Part shown: piece after piece, positions 1 to 8,683 of the stretch
Layout of the letters: every line of letters starts with the position of its first letter
Numbering within the stretch: the first letter of the stretch is position 1
Source of the DNA: Oscillospiraceae bacterium
Lineage (GTDB): Bacteria > Bacillota > Clostridia > Lachnospirales > Lachnospiraceae
Length of the DNA stretch: 64,000 nt
NCBI GenBank assembly: GCA_963642615.1
Contig: CAVIHW010000003.1
Location: 6,837 to 70,836, forward strand
Direction: 5' to 3'
Made by a program: the position numbers and the translations under genes
The notes under the pieces: model-generated
Database searches by the model: none
What the model was told of the DNA's origin: nothing
Seen by the model: the letters and a program-made list of their open reading frames with translations, nothing else

Positions 1-1
1 C

Positions 2-154
2 CGGGTTTTGGAACTGAATTTGTGGGAAGGGGATCGGATCTTTTTACGCCTGTTAGAGGAACGGGAGGATTTCTTTTCGTTAAAGCTTGTATATAACAGA
101 CAGGATGTGTTGGAACAGGCAGTTCTTGATGGAAAAGAGCTGCGGCTTTTTTGA
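2..154 (+). CDS. 3' end of an upstream gene (last 50 codons only; product not identifiable)
   Basis: Open frame from window edge (RVLELNLWEGDRIF...GKELRLF) ending at TGA 152-154; too short to assign a family. Confidence 0.3.
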   Translation, partial: RVLELNLWEGDRIFLRLLEEREDFFSLKLVYNRQDVLEQAVLDGKELRLF

Positions 155-231
155 TGCAGCAATGTATGGACGACGAATGATTCAGATACCGATACGATAA
201 AACAGGACCGAGTGGACAAGGGGAGATTTCT

Positions 232-756
232 ATGAACGAGAATTCCTTACCATATGTAGTAATACTTACAGTTTTGATCGGCAGCATCACGGGCGTGGCA
301 TTAGTAATAGGCTTTTCAAATGAATCAAAGAAATGCATCAAGAGTGGGTGTGAGCTTCACAGAGCGTATGCAAGTGAATATTGTTATTTGCATAAACCGA
401 GTGGGAAGAAAACCACATCAAGCGAAACCTCCGCAGATAGCAAGAAACCGTCTGACAGCTCATCAGGCGGTTCGCCTAAAACGTCATCGACAAGCAGCTC
501 TGACAGTGGTTCTAAGCCTTCAAGCGGAGACAGTCACAGCAGCAAATCAACAACTGCCGCTTCCTCTTATAGCAGTGGGACAAAGAAAAGCAGCACCAAG
601 CGTACAGCAAAGAAACGTTCTTCCCATAACGCTTATGACGAAGGCTATGATGATATCTACATGGATGATGATTATGATGAGAAGAGATACAGGACAGATA
701 AGGATTATGCGGACGGTGTGGATGATGCCATGGATGAGTTTGATGAGGACTGGTAA
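232..756 (+). CDS. membrane-anchored Ser-rich / acidic-tail protein, unknown function
   Basis: 174-aa ORF; N-terminal TM helix (PYVVILTVLIGSITGVALVIGF), Cys/His motif CIKSGCELHRAYASEYCYLH, long Ser/Thr/Lys linker, Asp/Tyr-rich tail; no family recognised. Confidence 0.55.
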   Translation: MNENSLPYVVILTVLIGSITGVALVIGFSNESKKCIKSGCELHRAYASEYCYLHKPSGKKTTSSETSADSKKPSDSSSGGSPKTSSTSSSDSGSKPSSGDSHSSKSTTAASSYSSGTKKSSTKRTAKKRSSHNAYDEGYDDIYMDDDYDEKRYRTDKDYADGVDDAMDEFDEDW

Positions 757-787
757 CAGGGTAAGAATTGAGAAAGGTTGATTGAAT

Positions 788-1483
788 ATGAATGGAACAT
801 TATATGGCGTAGGGGTCGGACCGGGAGATCCGCGCCTCATGACGTATCTTGCAGTGGAAACGATTGAGCATTGTCCGGTGATCGCAGTGCCGGCAGAGGG
901 AAAGGAAAAGTCGGTCGCTTATCAGATCGCAAGCGGTATTGTAAAGGATCTTGACCAAAAAGAATGCCTGGATCTGACTACGCCCATGACGAAAGACCGG
1001 GCTGTCCTGAATGCCGCATATCAGACCGCGGCTGACCGGATCATAGAAAAGCTGGAGCAGGGGCAGGATGTAGCCTGCCTTACTCTGGGAGATCCTACTA
1101 TTTACAGCACCTATATCTATATCCACCGCCTGGTAAAAGCTCGCGGATATGAGGCACAGATCATCAATGGAATCCCTTCCTTCTGTGCAGTCAGTGCAAA
1201 GCTGGAGGATAGTCTTGCGGATCGTTCGGAGCAGCTCCATATTATCCCGTCTGCGTATGGTATGGAAGATGCCTTGAAGCTTCCCGGAACGAAGGTGCTG
1301 ATGAAGGCTGCCTCCAAAATGCCGCTTGTAAAGGAAGCATTAAAACGCAGCAAGATCTCATGCTCCATGATTGAAAATTGCGGAATGTCATCCGAGCATA
1401 TTTATCATGGCGCCGACGAAATACCGGATCAGGCAAGCTATTATTCCATTATTGTTGTAAAAGAAGAAAAGGATAAATTTTGA
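788..1483 (+). CDS. cbiL: precorrin-2 / cobalt-factor-II C20-methyltransferase (CobI/CbiL family)
   Basis: Tetrapyrrole-methylase signatures YGVGVGPGDPRLMT and LGDPTIYSTY, about 230 aa; ATG 788 preferred over TTG 782. Confidence 0.8.
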   Translation: MNGTLYGVGVGPGDPRLMTYLAVETIEHCPVIAVPAEGKEKSVAYQIASGIVKDLDQKECLDLTTPMTKDRAVLNAAYQTAADRIIEKLEQGQDVACLTLGDPTIYSTYIYIHRLVKARGYEAQIINGIPSFCAVSAKLEDSLADRSEQLHIIPSAYGMEDALKLPGTKVLMKAASKMPLVKEALKRSKISCSMIENCGMSSEHIYHGADEIPDQASYYSIIVVKEEKDKF

Positions 1484-1604
1484 TCGCAAGACTGCAATTC
1501 CCTGAAAAAAGTTGACTGACAGAACATAAATTCGAAGTACAAGACCGTACTTATGGACTTGTGTTTTGGCATAATAGAGTCATCTTAGGAAGGGAGCGTA
1601 ACAT

Positions 1605-1826
1605 ATGCATATTTTAACACTGATCTTAATGTTTGTGATTGGATCGATTATAGCTGCCTGCAAGGGGGATCTGTCAGGACTCGAGGCGATCGTAAAGATT
1701 ATATTTTTTCTGGTTTTTTTCTTTGTTATGTTATGGCTGTTAGCATACCATCCGTTTTTGACTGGTTTCTGTGTGATCGCGATATTTGTGATCATATTTA
1801 TATTGGCCTTTAAGGATCACAAGTAG
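1605..1826 (+). CDS. small two-helix membrane protein
   Basis: 73-aa hydrophobic ORF with AGGAAGGGAG RBS 8 nt upstream of ATG. Confidence 0.5.
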   Translation: MHILTLILMFVIGSIIAACKGDLSGLEAIVKIIFFLVFFFVMLWLLAYHPFLTGFCVIAIFVIIFILAFKDHK

Positions 1827-1894
1827 CAGTCATTTGCAAGATCCGCCATTGCTTGTTATAATAGACACATCACAACGACATGGAGGATGAAACG

Positions 1895-2404
1895 ATGTTT
1901 AAGAAAGTATCAGTATATGATTTAAACCAGAATGTATTTCAGGAGATCGGCAAAAACTGGACATTGATCTCGGCAAAGGATTCCGAGGGGAAAGTCAATA
2001 CCATGACCGCAAGCTGGGGTTCTATGGGGCTTCTCTGGGGAAAGGAGACGGTGACCGTTTATATCCGTCAGTCCCGTTATACCAAGGAGTTTGTGGATGC
2101 ACAGGAGTATTTTACTCTGAGCCTGTTTGACGGTTATAAGAAGGAGCTTGGCGTGCTGGGTTCCAAATCCGGACGTGACGGCGATAAGATCACGGAGGTG
2201 GGATTTCATACCGTTTTGGTAGACGGACAGCCATCCTTTGAGGAGAGCAAGTGCGTGTTCATCTGCAGAAAGATGTATCAGGATGACATCAAGCTGGAAG
2301 ACATGCCGAAAGAAGAGAAAGACAGATGGTACGGTGATGGGGATTATCACACGATGTATATCGGCGAGATTGTTGCCTGCTACGTGTCGGATGGCGACAA
2401 ATAG
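1895..2404 (+). CDS. flavin reductase-like (FMN-binding split-barrel) domain protein
   Basis: MTASWGSMGLLWGKETVTVYIRQSRYT-type motif; GGAGG RBS 8 nt before ATG 1895 (ORF opens at 1880). Confidence 0.6.
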   Translation: MFKKVSVYDLNQNVFQEIGKNWTLISAKDSEGKVNTMTASWGSMGLLWGKETVTVYIRQSRYTKEFVDAQEYFTLSLFDGYKKELGVLGSKSGRDGDKITEVGFHTVLVDGQPSFEESKCVFICRKMYQDDIKLEDMPKEEKDRWYGDGDYHTMYIGEIVACYVSDGDK

Positions 2405-2418
2405 GAGAGTAGAAAGCC

Positions 2419-2793
2419 ATGTTTTTTATGATGGGTATCACCAGCGGGAGAAAAGATCTGGATTTTGCGCAGACCATCATCTGTAAGGTGTGTGGGAAAT
2501 ATGGCAGGTATCAGGTGTTTATGACGTACACGGTGCTGTCACTGTTCTTTATCCCGTGTTTGAAATGGAATAAGCATTATTATGTGCAGACCAGCTGCTG
2601 TAATGCGTTGTATGAACTGGATCCGGAAATTGGAAAAGCACTGGAACGTGGAGAAAAAACGGAAATTTTACCGGAGCATTTACAGCGGATACAGCAGCAG
2701 GCGTATGGCTATTCGATGAAGCGGTGCAGTCATTGCGGATATGAGACAGCAGAAGATTTTGACTTTTGTCCGAAATGCGGAAACCGGTTCTGA
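2419..2793 (+). CDS. zinc-ribbon domain protein
   Basis: CKVCG near N-terminus, hydrophobic helix, C-terminal CSHCG-x11-CPKCG ribbon. Confidence 0.55.
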   Translation: MFFMMGITSGRKDLDFAQTIICKVCGKYGRYQVFMTYTVLSLFFIPCLKWNKHYYVQTSCCNALYELDPEIGKALERGEKTEILPEHLQRIQQQAYGYSMKRCSHCGYETAEDFDFCPKCGNRF

Positions 2794-2797
2794 ATTG

Positions 2798-3589
2798 TTA
2801 TATTTCTTGTGCCAGCACCAGATCGATCCCTGCTTTCTCATAGATTTCCCTTGTCATGGAAGAGAGTCCGGCATCCGTGATGACAAGATGCAGGTCATCT
2901 ATGGAGGCATAGCTGGAGATGGAGGAGGTATCGAATTTGGTATGGTCGATCAGCGCAATGGTTTTGGCAGATGCTTTGATGCACATGCGTTTTAGATCGG
3001 CTTCGTAAATGCTGAAATCGGTGAGACCGTTCTCCACAGAAAAGCCTCGGGCAGAAACAAAGGCGATGTCCGTATGGATTTTTTTGAGCAGATCCTCACC
3101 GAGCAGTCCTTCGATGGAGGAGGATGCGGAGGTTACGATGCCTCCGGTCAGGATGACGGTGATGCCGGGCACATCTTTGAGTGCCAGCGCCAGGTTGATG
3201 CCATTGGTGATGACGGTGAGCTCGGTAAAACCGGTGAGTTTCATCCCAAGGGTGTAGGCCGTGGAGCTGGCATCGAGAAAGATACACATATGGTCTTTGA
3301 TAAAGGTGACCGCCGTACCGGCGATCATCTCTTTTTCTTTCTGGTTTTCCAGGACGCGCTCGTCAAAATAATATGCGCGGCCGGTCAGCTCCTTCTGATC
3401 TGCCGAGTGGTCACGGTATATGGCACCACCGTGGGTTTTGGTCAGAAGCTTTTCTTTGTCCATCTGATTGAGGTCTGTGCGGATGGTGGTGGCGGATACG
3501 CCAAGCATTTCGCTCAGTTCGTTTGTGGTTGCCTTTCGGTTTGCTTCCAAATATTTTAAAATCTGTTTCTGACGTTCCAGCTGCAGCAT
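2798..3589 (-). CDS. DeoR/GlpR-family transcriptional regulator
   Basis: N-terminal wHTH (ILKYLEANRKATTNELSEMLGVSATTIRTDL) plus DeoR C-terminal sugar-phosphate sensor domain; AGGAGG RBS before ATG 3589. Confidence 0.85.
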   Translation of the reverse strand: MLQLERQKQILKYLEANRKATTNELSEMLGVSATTIRTDLNQMDKEKLLTKTHGGAIYRDHSADQKELTGRAYYFDERVLENQKEKEMIAGTAVTFIKDHMCIFLDASSTAYTLGMKLTGFTELTVITNGINLALALKDVPGITVILTGGIVTSASSSIEGLLGEDLLKKIHTDIAFVSARGFSVENGLTDFSIYEADLKRMCIKASAKTIALIDHTKFDTSSISSYASIDDLHLVITDAGLSSMTREIYEKAGIDLVLAQEI

Positions 3590-3796
3590 ACAAGAACCTC
3601 CTAATGTTTGTCTAAAAGATATCATAACCCGAAATACAAAAATATGCCAGTCCTAAAACAAAAAAACACGAAGATTGCTATTTGTTTGCTTTCATTTGCT
3701 TTTATTTTTATTTGTTTTTTACTTGCGTTTGCTTGCGTATTGTGTTATATTAAGGTCAACAAATAAAACAAGTGCAGGTATGAGGAGGTATTTGGT

Positions 3797-4450
3797 ATGA
3801 AGTTTTTTGTTGACACAGCAAATGTAGAGGACATTAGAAAAGCCAATGATATGGGGGTTATCTGTGGCGTTACTACAAACCCGTCCCTGATCGCAAAAGA
3901 GGGCAGAGATTTCAACGAGGTAATCAAGGAGATCACTTCCATCGTTGACGGACCGATCAGCGGAGAGGTAAAGGCAACCACCGTGGATGCAGAAGGCATG
4001 ATCAAAGAAGGACGTGAGATCGCTGCCATTCATCCGAACATGGTTGTTAAGATTCCTATGACCGTAGAAGGCCTTAAGGCTGTTAAGGTTCTGTCTGCTG
4101 AGGGCATCAAGACCAACGTTACCCTGATCTTCACTGCAAACCAGGCAATCCTGGCAGCAAATGCAGGTGCTACCTATGTTTCTCCGTTCCTGGGCAGACT
4201 TGATGACATCAGCCAGCCGGGTATCGACCTGATCCGTCAGATCGCAGAGATCTTCGATATTTACGGATATGAGACCGAGATCATTGCAGCATCGATCCGC
4301 AACCCGATCCATGTAACGGACTGCGCACTTGCAGGTGCTGATATTGCAACCATCCCGTACAAGGTTATTGAGCAGATGACCAAGCATCCGCTGACCGACC
4401 AGGGAATCGTAAAATTCCAGGCAGATTACAAGGCTGTATTTGGAGAATAA
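3797..4450 (+). CDS. short-class transaldolase / fructose-6-phosphate aldolase (TalC/FsaA type)
   Basis: [15 protein letters not shown]...GVTTNPSLI, 217 aa, typical of the family. Confidence 0.9.
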   Translation: MKFFVDTANVEDIRKANDMGVICGVTTNPSLIAKEGRDFNEVIKEITSIVDGPISGEVKATTVDAEGMIKEGREIAAIHPNMVVKIPMTVEGLKAVKVLSAEGIKTNVTLIFTANQAILAANAGATYVSPFLGRLDDISQPGIDLIRQIAEIFDIYGYETEIIAASIRNPIHVTDCALAGADIATIPYKVIEQMTKHPLTDQGIVKFQADYKAVFGE

Positions 4451-4458
4451 GACTTATG

Positions 4459-4502
4459 AAAAAGGAGGCTCATGCACAGTGGTGCATGGGTCTCCTTTTT
4501 TT
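4459..4502. terminator. bidirectional intrinsic terminator between convergent genes
   Basis: GGAGGCTCATGCAC / GTGCATGGGTCTCC stem flanked by an A-run and a T-run. Confidence 0.65.
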
Positions 4503-4510
4503 CGGCGTAA

Positions 4511-5638
4511 CTATTCGGCAAGCAGTTTTGCGCACACCTCATCCAGGTTCTTGCGGATAGCGATATGCTGTGGGCAAACGGCTTCGCACTTGCCGCATTT
4601 GATACACTGGTCGGCACGTTTGCGTCCGTGGCGTCCTACCAGCCAGTTCTCCTGGTGCACGGCATTGGCCTTGTTGCCGTAGAGCGTTAAGTAGTTCATG
4701 GCGGTGAAAGAACCGGAGATGCCGATCTCCATCGGGCATACCTTGGCGCAGTAATTGCAGGTGGTGCACGGGATCAGCGGAATCCGTTTTAATTCTTCCT
4801 GTGCGCTTTTTAATGTTGCCTTCTGGTCATCGGTAAGACCGGTAAAGTCTTTCATGTAGGATAAGTTATCCTGCATCTGCTCGATATTGCTCATGCCGGA
4901 CAGCACGGTAATGACCCCTTCCAGATTTGCTGCAAAGCGGACAGCCCAGGAGGCCACGGAGGATTCCGGTTCTGCCTCCTTTAAGATATTAGCAACGGAT
5001 TCTGGCGGGGTAGCCAGCATGCCGCCCTTGACCGGTTCCATGATGATGACCGGCTTGCCGTGCTTTCTTGCCACTTCGTAGCAGGCACGAGACTGGATGG
5101 CCGGATTATCCCAGTCTGCATAGTTGATCTGCAGCTGGACAAATTCCATTTCCGGATGAGCATTCAAGATAGTCTCCAGCTCTTCGGGGGTAGAGTGGAA
5201 GGAGAAACCAACGTGTTTGATCAGCCCTTCCTTCTTTTTCTCCTGCACCCAGCTCCACATATCAAATTTGTCAAAGAAAGAGGTACGGCTTTCGCCCAGG
5301 TTGTGCAGCAGATAAAAATCAAAATATCCGGCGCCGGTCTGTTTTAGGGAGGTGTCAAACTGTGCACAGGCCTCTTCTCTGGTGCTGCAGTTGATCCATG
5401 CGGCATTTTTGGTGGCCAGCTGATAGCTCTCGCGCGGATAACGCTCGACCAGTGCCTGACGGATGGCATCCTCAGATCCGGCATAAGCCCATGCGGTGTC
5501 AAAGTAGGTGAATCCTGCCTCCAGGAACATGTCTACCATCTGTTTTGTCTGTTCAATGTCAATCGTGTTTTCGTCCAGTTTCGGCAGGCGCATGAGGCCG
5601 AAACCGAGTTTTTTAATATCCTGACCCAGATAACTCAA
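4511..5638 (-). CDS. aldo/keto reductase fused to a C-terminal 2x[4Fe-4S] ferredoxin domain
   Basis: AKR N-terminus (KLGFGLMRLP), C-terminal CTTCNYCAKVCP and CIKCGKCEAVCP; TTG start with AGGAGG RBS. Confidence 0.85.
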   Translation of the reverse strand: MSYLGQDIKKLGFGLMRLPKLDENTIDIEQTKQMVDMFLEAGFTYFDTAWAYAGSEDAIRQALVERYPRESYQLATKNAAWINCSTREEACAQFDTSLKQTGAGYFDFYLLHNLGESRTSFFDKFDMWSWVQEKKKEGLIKHVGFSFHSTPEELETILNAHPEMEFVQLQINYADWDNPAIQSRACYEVARKHGKPVIIMEPVKGGMLATPPESVANILKEAEPESSVASWAVRFAANLEGVITVLSGMSNIEQMQDNLSYMKDFTGLTDDQKATLKSAQEELKRIPLIPCTTCNYCAKVCPMEIGISGSFTAMNYLTLYGNKANAVHQENWLVGRHGRKRADQCIKCGKCEAVCPQHIAIRKNLDEVCAKLLAE

Positions 5639-5709
5639 AAAAATTCCTCCTTTATACGGTGATAACTATATGAATAGTTATTATTGTACAACCGGAAGTT
5701 GGGTTCAGG

Positions 5710-6387
5710 TCAAGCATTTTTTGTCACTTCCTCTGTTTTTAAGACAAACTGGTTCTTCCAGAAATCCAGCAGCCCCTCTTTTTTCATTTTTCCAAGCTCG
5801 GAGGAGAGGGAACTTCGATCGACACCCAGATAATCTGCCAGCTGCTGCCGGTTAAATGGTATGGAAAAGCTTGGGCTTGCCTGTTTTGCAGACTGAGCAG
5901 AAAAATAGGAGATCAGGCGGCTGCGGATGGATTTCGGAGACGTATGCATGATCCGCTCGGAAAGACCGAGATTTTTGCGTGCAGATGCCAGAAGCAGGTT
6001 TTTAATAAGCTGGCTGTGATGGCTGCAGGTACTCTGGCAGGTAGTCAGCACACGGCTGATATCCAGAAAGAGAATGTCGGTTTCTTCGTCTGCCACCACA
6101 TTGACCATAAGCGGCTCTCCGGGTACGCAGGCGTAGGTTTCCGCAAAGATCTGCCCCGGCCCTGCGTGCCCGAAAATACTGCGGTTTCCAAGCAGGTCAT
6201 CGCGCTCAATGGTGACGCTTCCGGAGAGCACCAGCCCTAAGTCTTTCACCAGGTCTCCCATATATAAAACCATCTCGCCCTTACGAAAATGTTTTGTCCG
6301 CGCATAAAAGCATTTCATCATTTCTTCCACCTGTTTTGGGTCATTGCCCTGAAACAGGATGGTTTTGGAGAGAAACTGATAATCCAT
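5710..6387 (-). CDS. Crp/Fnr-family transcriptional regulator
   Basis: cNMP-binding-like N-terminal domain plus C-terminal HTH (FNRQQLADYLGVDRSSLSSELGKMKKEGLL); no FNR-type N-terminal Cys cluster. Confidence 0.85.
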   Translation of the reverse strand: MDYQFLSKTILFQGNDPKQVEEMMKCFYARTKHFRKGEMVLYMGDLVKDLGLVLSGSVTIERDDLLGNRSIFGHAGPGQIFAETYACVPGEPLMVNVVADEETDILFLDISRVLTTCQSTCSHHSQLIKNLLLASARKNLGLSERIMHTSPKSIRSRLISYFSAQSAKQASPSFSIPFNRQQLADYLGVDRSSLSSELGKMKKEGLLDFWKNQFVLKTEEVTKNA

Positions 6388-6416
6388 TTTGTATCCTCCG
6401 TTTTGTCCGACTTAAA

Positions 6417-6434
6417 ATGTTGTCAAAACAACAT
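6417..6434. promoter_or_regulatory. candidate Crp/Fnr-family binding site ATGTTGT-CAAA-ACAACAT
   Basis: Perfect 7-4-7 inverted repeat in the divergent crp / ferredoxin-like intergenic region; centre about 41-42 nt upstream of the TSS predicted from TATAAT 6455-6460. Confidence 0.4.
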
Positions 6435-6513
6435 ATTTATCAGGACAATTATAGTATAATCATGATAAAATGCAAAGGAAAAGTTGAGTTGATATAGTTT
6501 GGAGGAAGAGTTT

Positions 6514-7281
6514 ATGGTAAGAAGGGTTATTCACATTGATCACGAGAAATGCAACGGCTGCGGGCTCTGCGCCAATGCCTGTCATGAGGGAGCGATCGGT
6601 ATTGTAGACGGAAAGGCGCAGCTTCTGCGCGATGATTACTGCGACGGACTGGGCGACTGTCTGCCAAGCTGCCCTACGGGAGCCATCACCTTTGTAGAAC
6701 GCGAGGCGGCAGCCTACGATGAGGAGGCAGTAAAAGTCCATATGGAGAAACGCAAAAAGGAAAAAGAAGCTGGTCAGACTGCCGGTCACAGTTCAGACCA
6801 GGAAAACGGTGAGAAGAAGGCGGCTCCGGTTTTTGCGGGATGTCCGGGAAGCCGTGCACGTCAGATTGTCCATGAGGAAGAGACAAAAGCAGCACCAGTT
6901 TCCTTACAGTCCCAGCTGACAAACTGGCCGGTACAGATCAAGCTGGCTCCGGTCCGTGCACCATATTTTGATCAGGCACGCCTTTTGATCGCGGCAGACT
7001 GCACCGCTTATGCCTATGCAAACTTCCATCAGGAATTTTTGAAAGGCAAGATTGCCCTGATCGGATGTCCGAAACTGGATGATGTGGATTACAGCGAAAA
7101 GCTTACCGAGATCATAAAAAACAACGACATCCAGAGCGTGACGGTTATCCGTATGGAGGTTCCGTGCTGTGGCGGACTGCAGAATGCAGCCATCCGTGCA
7201 CTTCAGAATAGTGGAAAATTCATTCCGTGGCAGGTCGTGACCATCTCCATCGACGGAAAGATCCTGGATCAGGCTTTCTAA
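6514..7281 (+). CDS. 4Fe-4S dicluster-domain (ferredoxin-like) protein with Cys-rich C-terminal domain
   Basis: CNGCGLCANACHEG and CDGLGDCLPSCP motifs; C-terminal GCPKLDD...VPCCGG; GGAGGAAG RBS before ATG 6514. Confidence 0.75.
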   Translation: MVRRVIHIDHEKCNGCGLCANACHEGAIGIVDGKAQLLRDDYCDGLGDCLPSCPTGAITFVEREAAAYDEEAVKVHMEKRKKEKEAGQTAGHSSDQENGEKKAAPVFAGCPGSRARQIVHEEETKAAPVSLQSQLTNWPVQIKLAPVRAPYFDQARLLIAADCTAYAYANFHQEFLKGKIALIGCPKLDDVDYSEKLTEIIKNNDIQSVTVIRMEVPCCGGLQNAAIRALQNSGKFIPWQVVTISIDGKILDQAF

Positions 7282-7355
7282 ATTAAATTGCAAACTGCTG
7301 GCGGCAATGTTAAAATGGTGGCGTCCCTTAAAACAGACAATTGGAGGAAAAGATT

Positions 7356-7991
7356 ATGAGATTACGCCATATCCGGGGCGCAGAGGAAGCCATTGAGAGC
7401 AGCCCTTTCGTCATTCAGGAGCCGAAAGAGCACCGCGGCAGTTTCTGTGACCTGTTTGGTAATACAAACCCGATCGCGATTGAGGTTGGAATGGGGAAAG
7501 GAAAGTTCATCATGGAACTGGCAAAGAAGTATCCGGACACCAACTTCATCGGTATCGAGCGTTACTCCAGCGTGCTTTTGCGGGCGCTTCAGAAGCGGGA
7601 AGAGCTTGAGATCCCGAATATATATTTCATGTGTGTGGACGCAAAAGAACTGGGTGAGATCTTTGCACCAGGCGAGGTAGAGAAGATTTACTTAAACTTC
7701 TCGGATCCGTGGCCGAAAGACCGCCATGCAAAACGACGGCTGACGTCACCGGACTTTATGAAGGTGTACGACCAGGTTCTTGCAAAGGACGGACGTGTGG
7801 AGTTCAAGACAGACAATCAGGATCTGTTTTCCTATTCTCTGGAGGCGATTCCGGAAGCCGGATGGAAGATTGAAGCCTTTACCCGTGACCTGCACCACAG
7901 CGATATGGCAGAAGGCAACGTCATGACGGAATACGAGACAAAATTCTCCGCCATGGGCAACCCCATCTGCAAGCTGATCGCAAGCCGTTAG
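7356..7991 (+). CDS. trmB: tRNA (guanine46-N7)-methyltransferase
   Basis: EVGMGKGKF SAM motif and YLNFSDPWPKDRHAKRR signature. Confidence 0.9.
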   Translation: MRLRHIRGAEEAIESSPFVIQEPKEHRGSFCDLFGNTNPIAIEVGMGKGKFIMELAKKYPDTNFIGIERYSSVLLRALQKREELEIPNIYFMCVDAKELGEIFAPGEVEKIYLNFSDPWPKDRHAKRRLTSPDFMKVYDQVLAKDGRVEFKTDNQDLFSYSLEAIPEAGWKIEAFTRDLHHSDMAEGNVMTEYETKFSAMGNPICKLIASR

Positions 7992-8021
7992 AAGTGAACT
8001 GAAAGAAAAGGAGATTCGATT

Positions 8022-8327
8022 ATGGAAAAGAAATTTACATCTGAAAATTTTGAGGCTGAAGTATTGAAATCTGAAAAGCCGGTACTGGTGGACTTCTATG
8101 CAGACTGGTGCGGTCCGTGCAAGATGATGGCTCCGGCTGTTGAGGAGCTGGCCAATGAGCAGGATGATGTGATCGTAGGAAAACTGAATGTGGACTTTGC
8201 ACCGGAGCTTGCCCGTGCATACAAGGTAATGTCCATCCCGACCCTGATCCTGTTTAAGAACGGAGAGGCAGTAGAAAAACGCATCGGTGTTCAGAGCAAG
8301 GCAGAACTGCAGGCGCTGATCAAATAA
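8022..8327 (+). CDS. trxA: thioredoxin
   Basis: 101 aa with WCGPCK active site. Confidence 0.92.
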   Translation: MEKKFTSENFEAEVLKSEKPVLVDFYADWCGPCKMMAPAVEELANEQDDVIVGKLNVDFAPELARAYKVMSIPTLILFKNGEAVEKRIGVQSKAELQALIK

Positions 8328-8416
8328 TTGCCGATGTCAGAATTTCGCATAAAATAAGGCTTTTTGCCCCATCAAAAGCCAACTGAAAAATTTTTGAAAA
8401 AAATTTGAAAAAAGTG

Positions 8417-8445
8417 TTGACTTTTGATGGGACATGCGATAGAAT
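8417..8445 (+). promoter_or_regulatory. sigma-A-type promoter for tRNA-Lys
   Basis: TTGACT - 17 nt - TAGAAT, about 50 nt upstream of the tRNA. Confidence 0.5.
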
Positions 8446-8497
8446 AATGACCGTGCCGCTGATACGGAAACGAAAGCGGACAGAAAAAACTTCATAA

Positions 8498-8570
8498 GCG
8501 CCTTTAGCTCAGTTGGTAGAGCAGTAGACTCTTAATCTATTTGTCCAGGGTTCGAGTCCCTGAAGGCGCA
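8498..8570 (+). tRNA. tRNA-Lys (anticodon CTT)
   Basis: Hand-folded cloverleaf: acceptor GCGCCTT/AAGGCGC, D arm GCTC-AGTTGGTA-GAGC, anticodon stem GTAGA/TCTAT with loop CTCTTAA, T arm CAGGG-TTCGAGT-CCCTG, discriminator A; no encoded CCA. Confidence 0.9.
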
Positions 8571-8575
8571 TTTTA

Positions 8576-8621
8576 AAAGCACTGATTTTGCAGACAGAGA
8601 GCTGTGGGGTCGGTGCTTTTT
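8576..8621 (+). terminator. possible terminator after tRNA-Lys
   Basis: 10-bp stem AAAGCACTGA / TCGGTGCTTT (one G-U) with a large loop, then a T-rich tract. Confidence 0.35.
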
Positions 8622-8683
8622 GTTTCACCGTTTGGAGGCAGCTCTAAACAGCTATAAAACGGATAAAGAAAGGAATCTGTCTG

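Noticed and set aside
757-787. Cobalamin riboswitch upstream of cbiL
   Set aside because: Only about 30 nt of intergenic space is available, too short for a B12 element.
3680-3740. ATTTG(T/C)TT and TTTGCTT repeats between the DeoR gene and fsa/tal as DeoR operators
   Set aside because: The stretch is very A/T-rich and low-complexity, the spacing is irregular (14 and 16 nt) and there is no clear symmetry. This is not enough to call.
8498-8570. tRNA-Lys as an integration hotspot flanked by a genomic island
   Set aside because: There is no integrase, recombinase or transposase ORF anywhere in the window, and the flanking genes are ordinary housekeeping genes.
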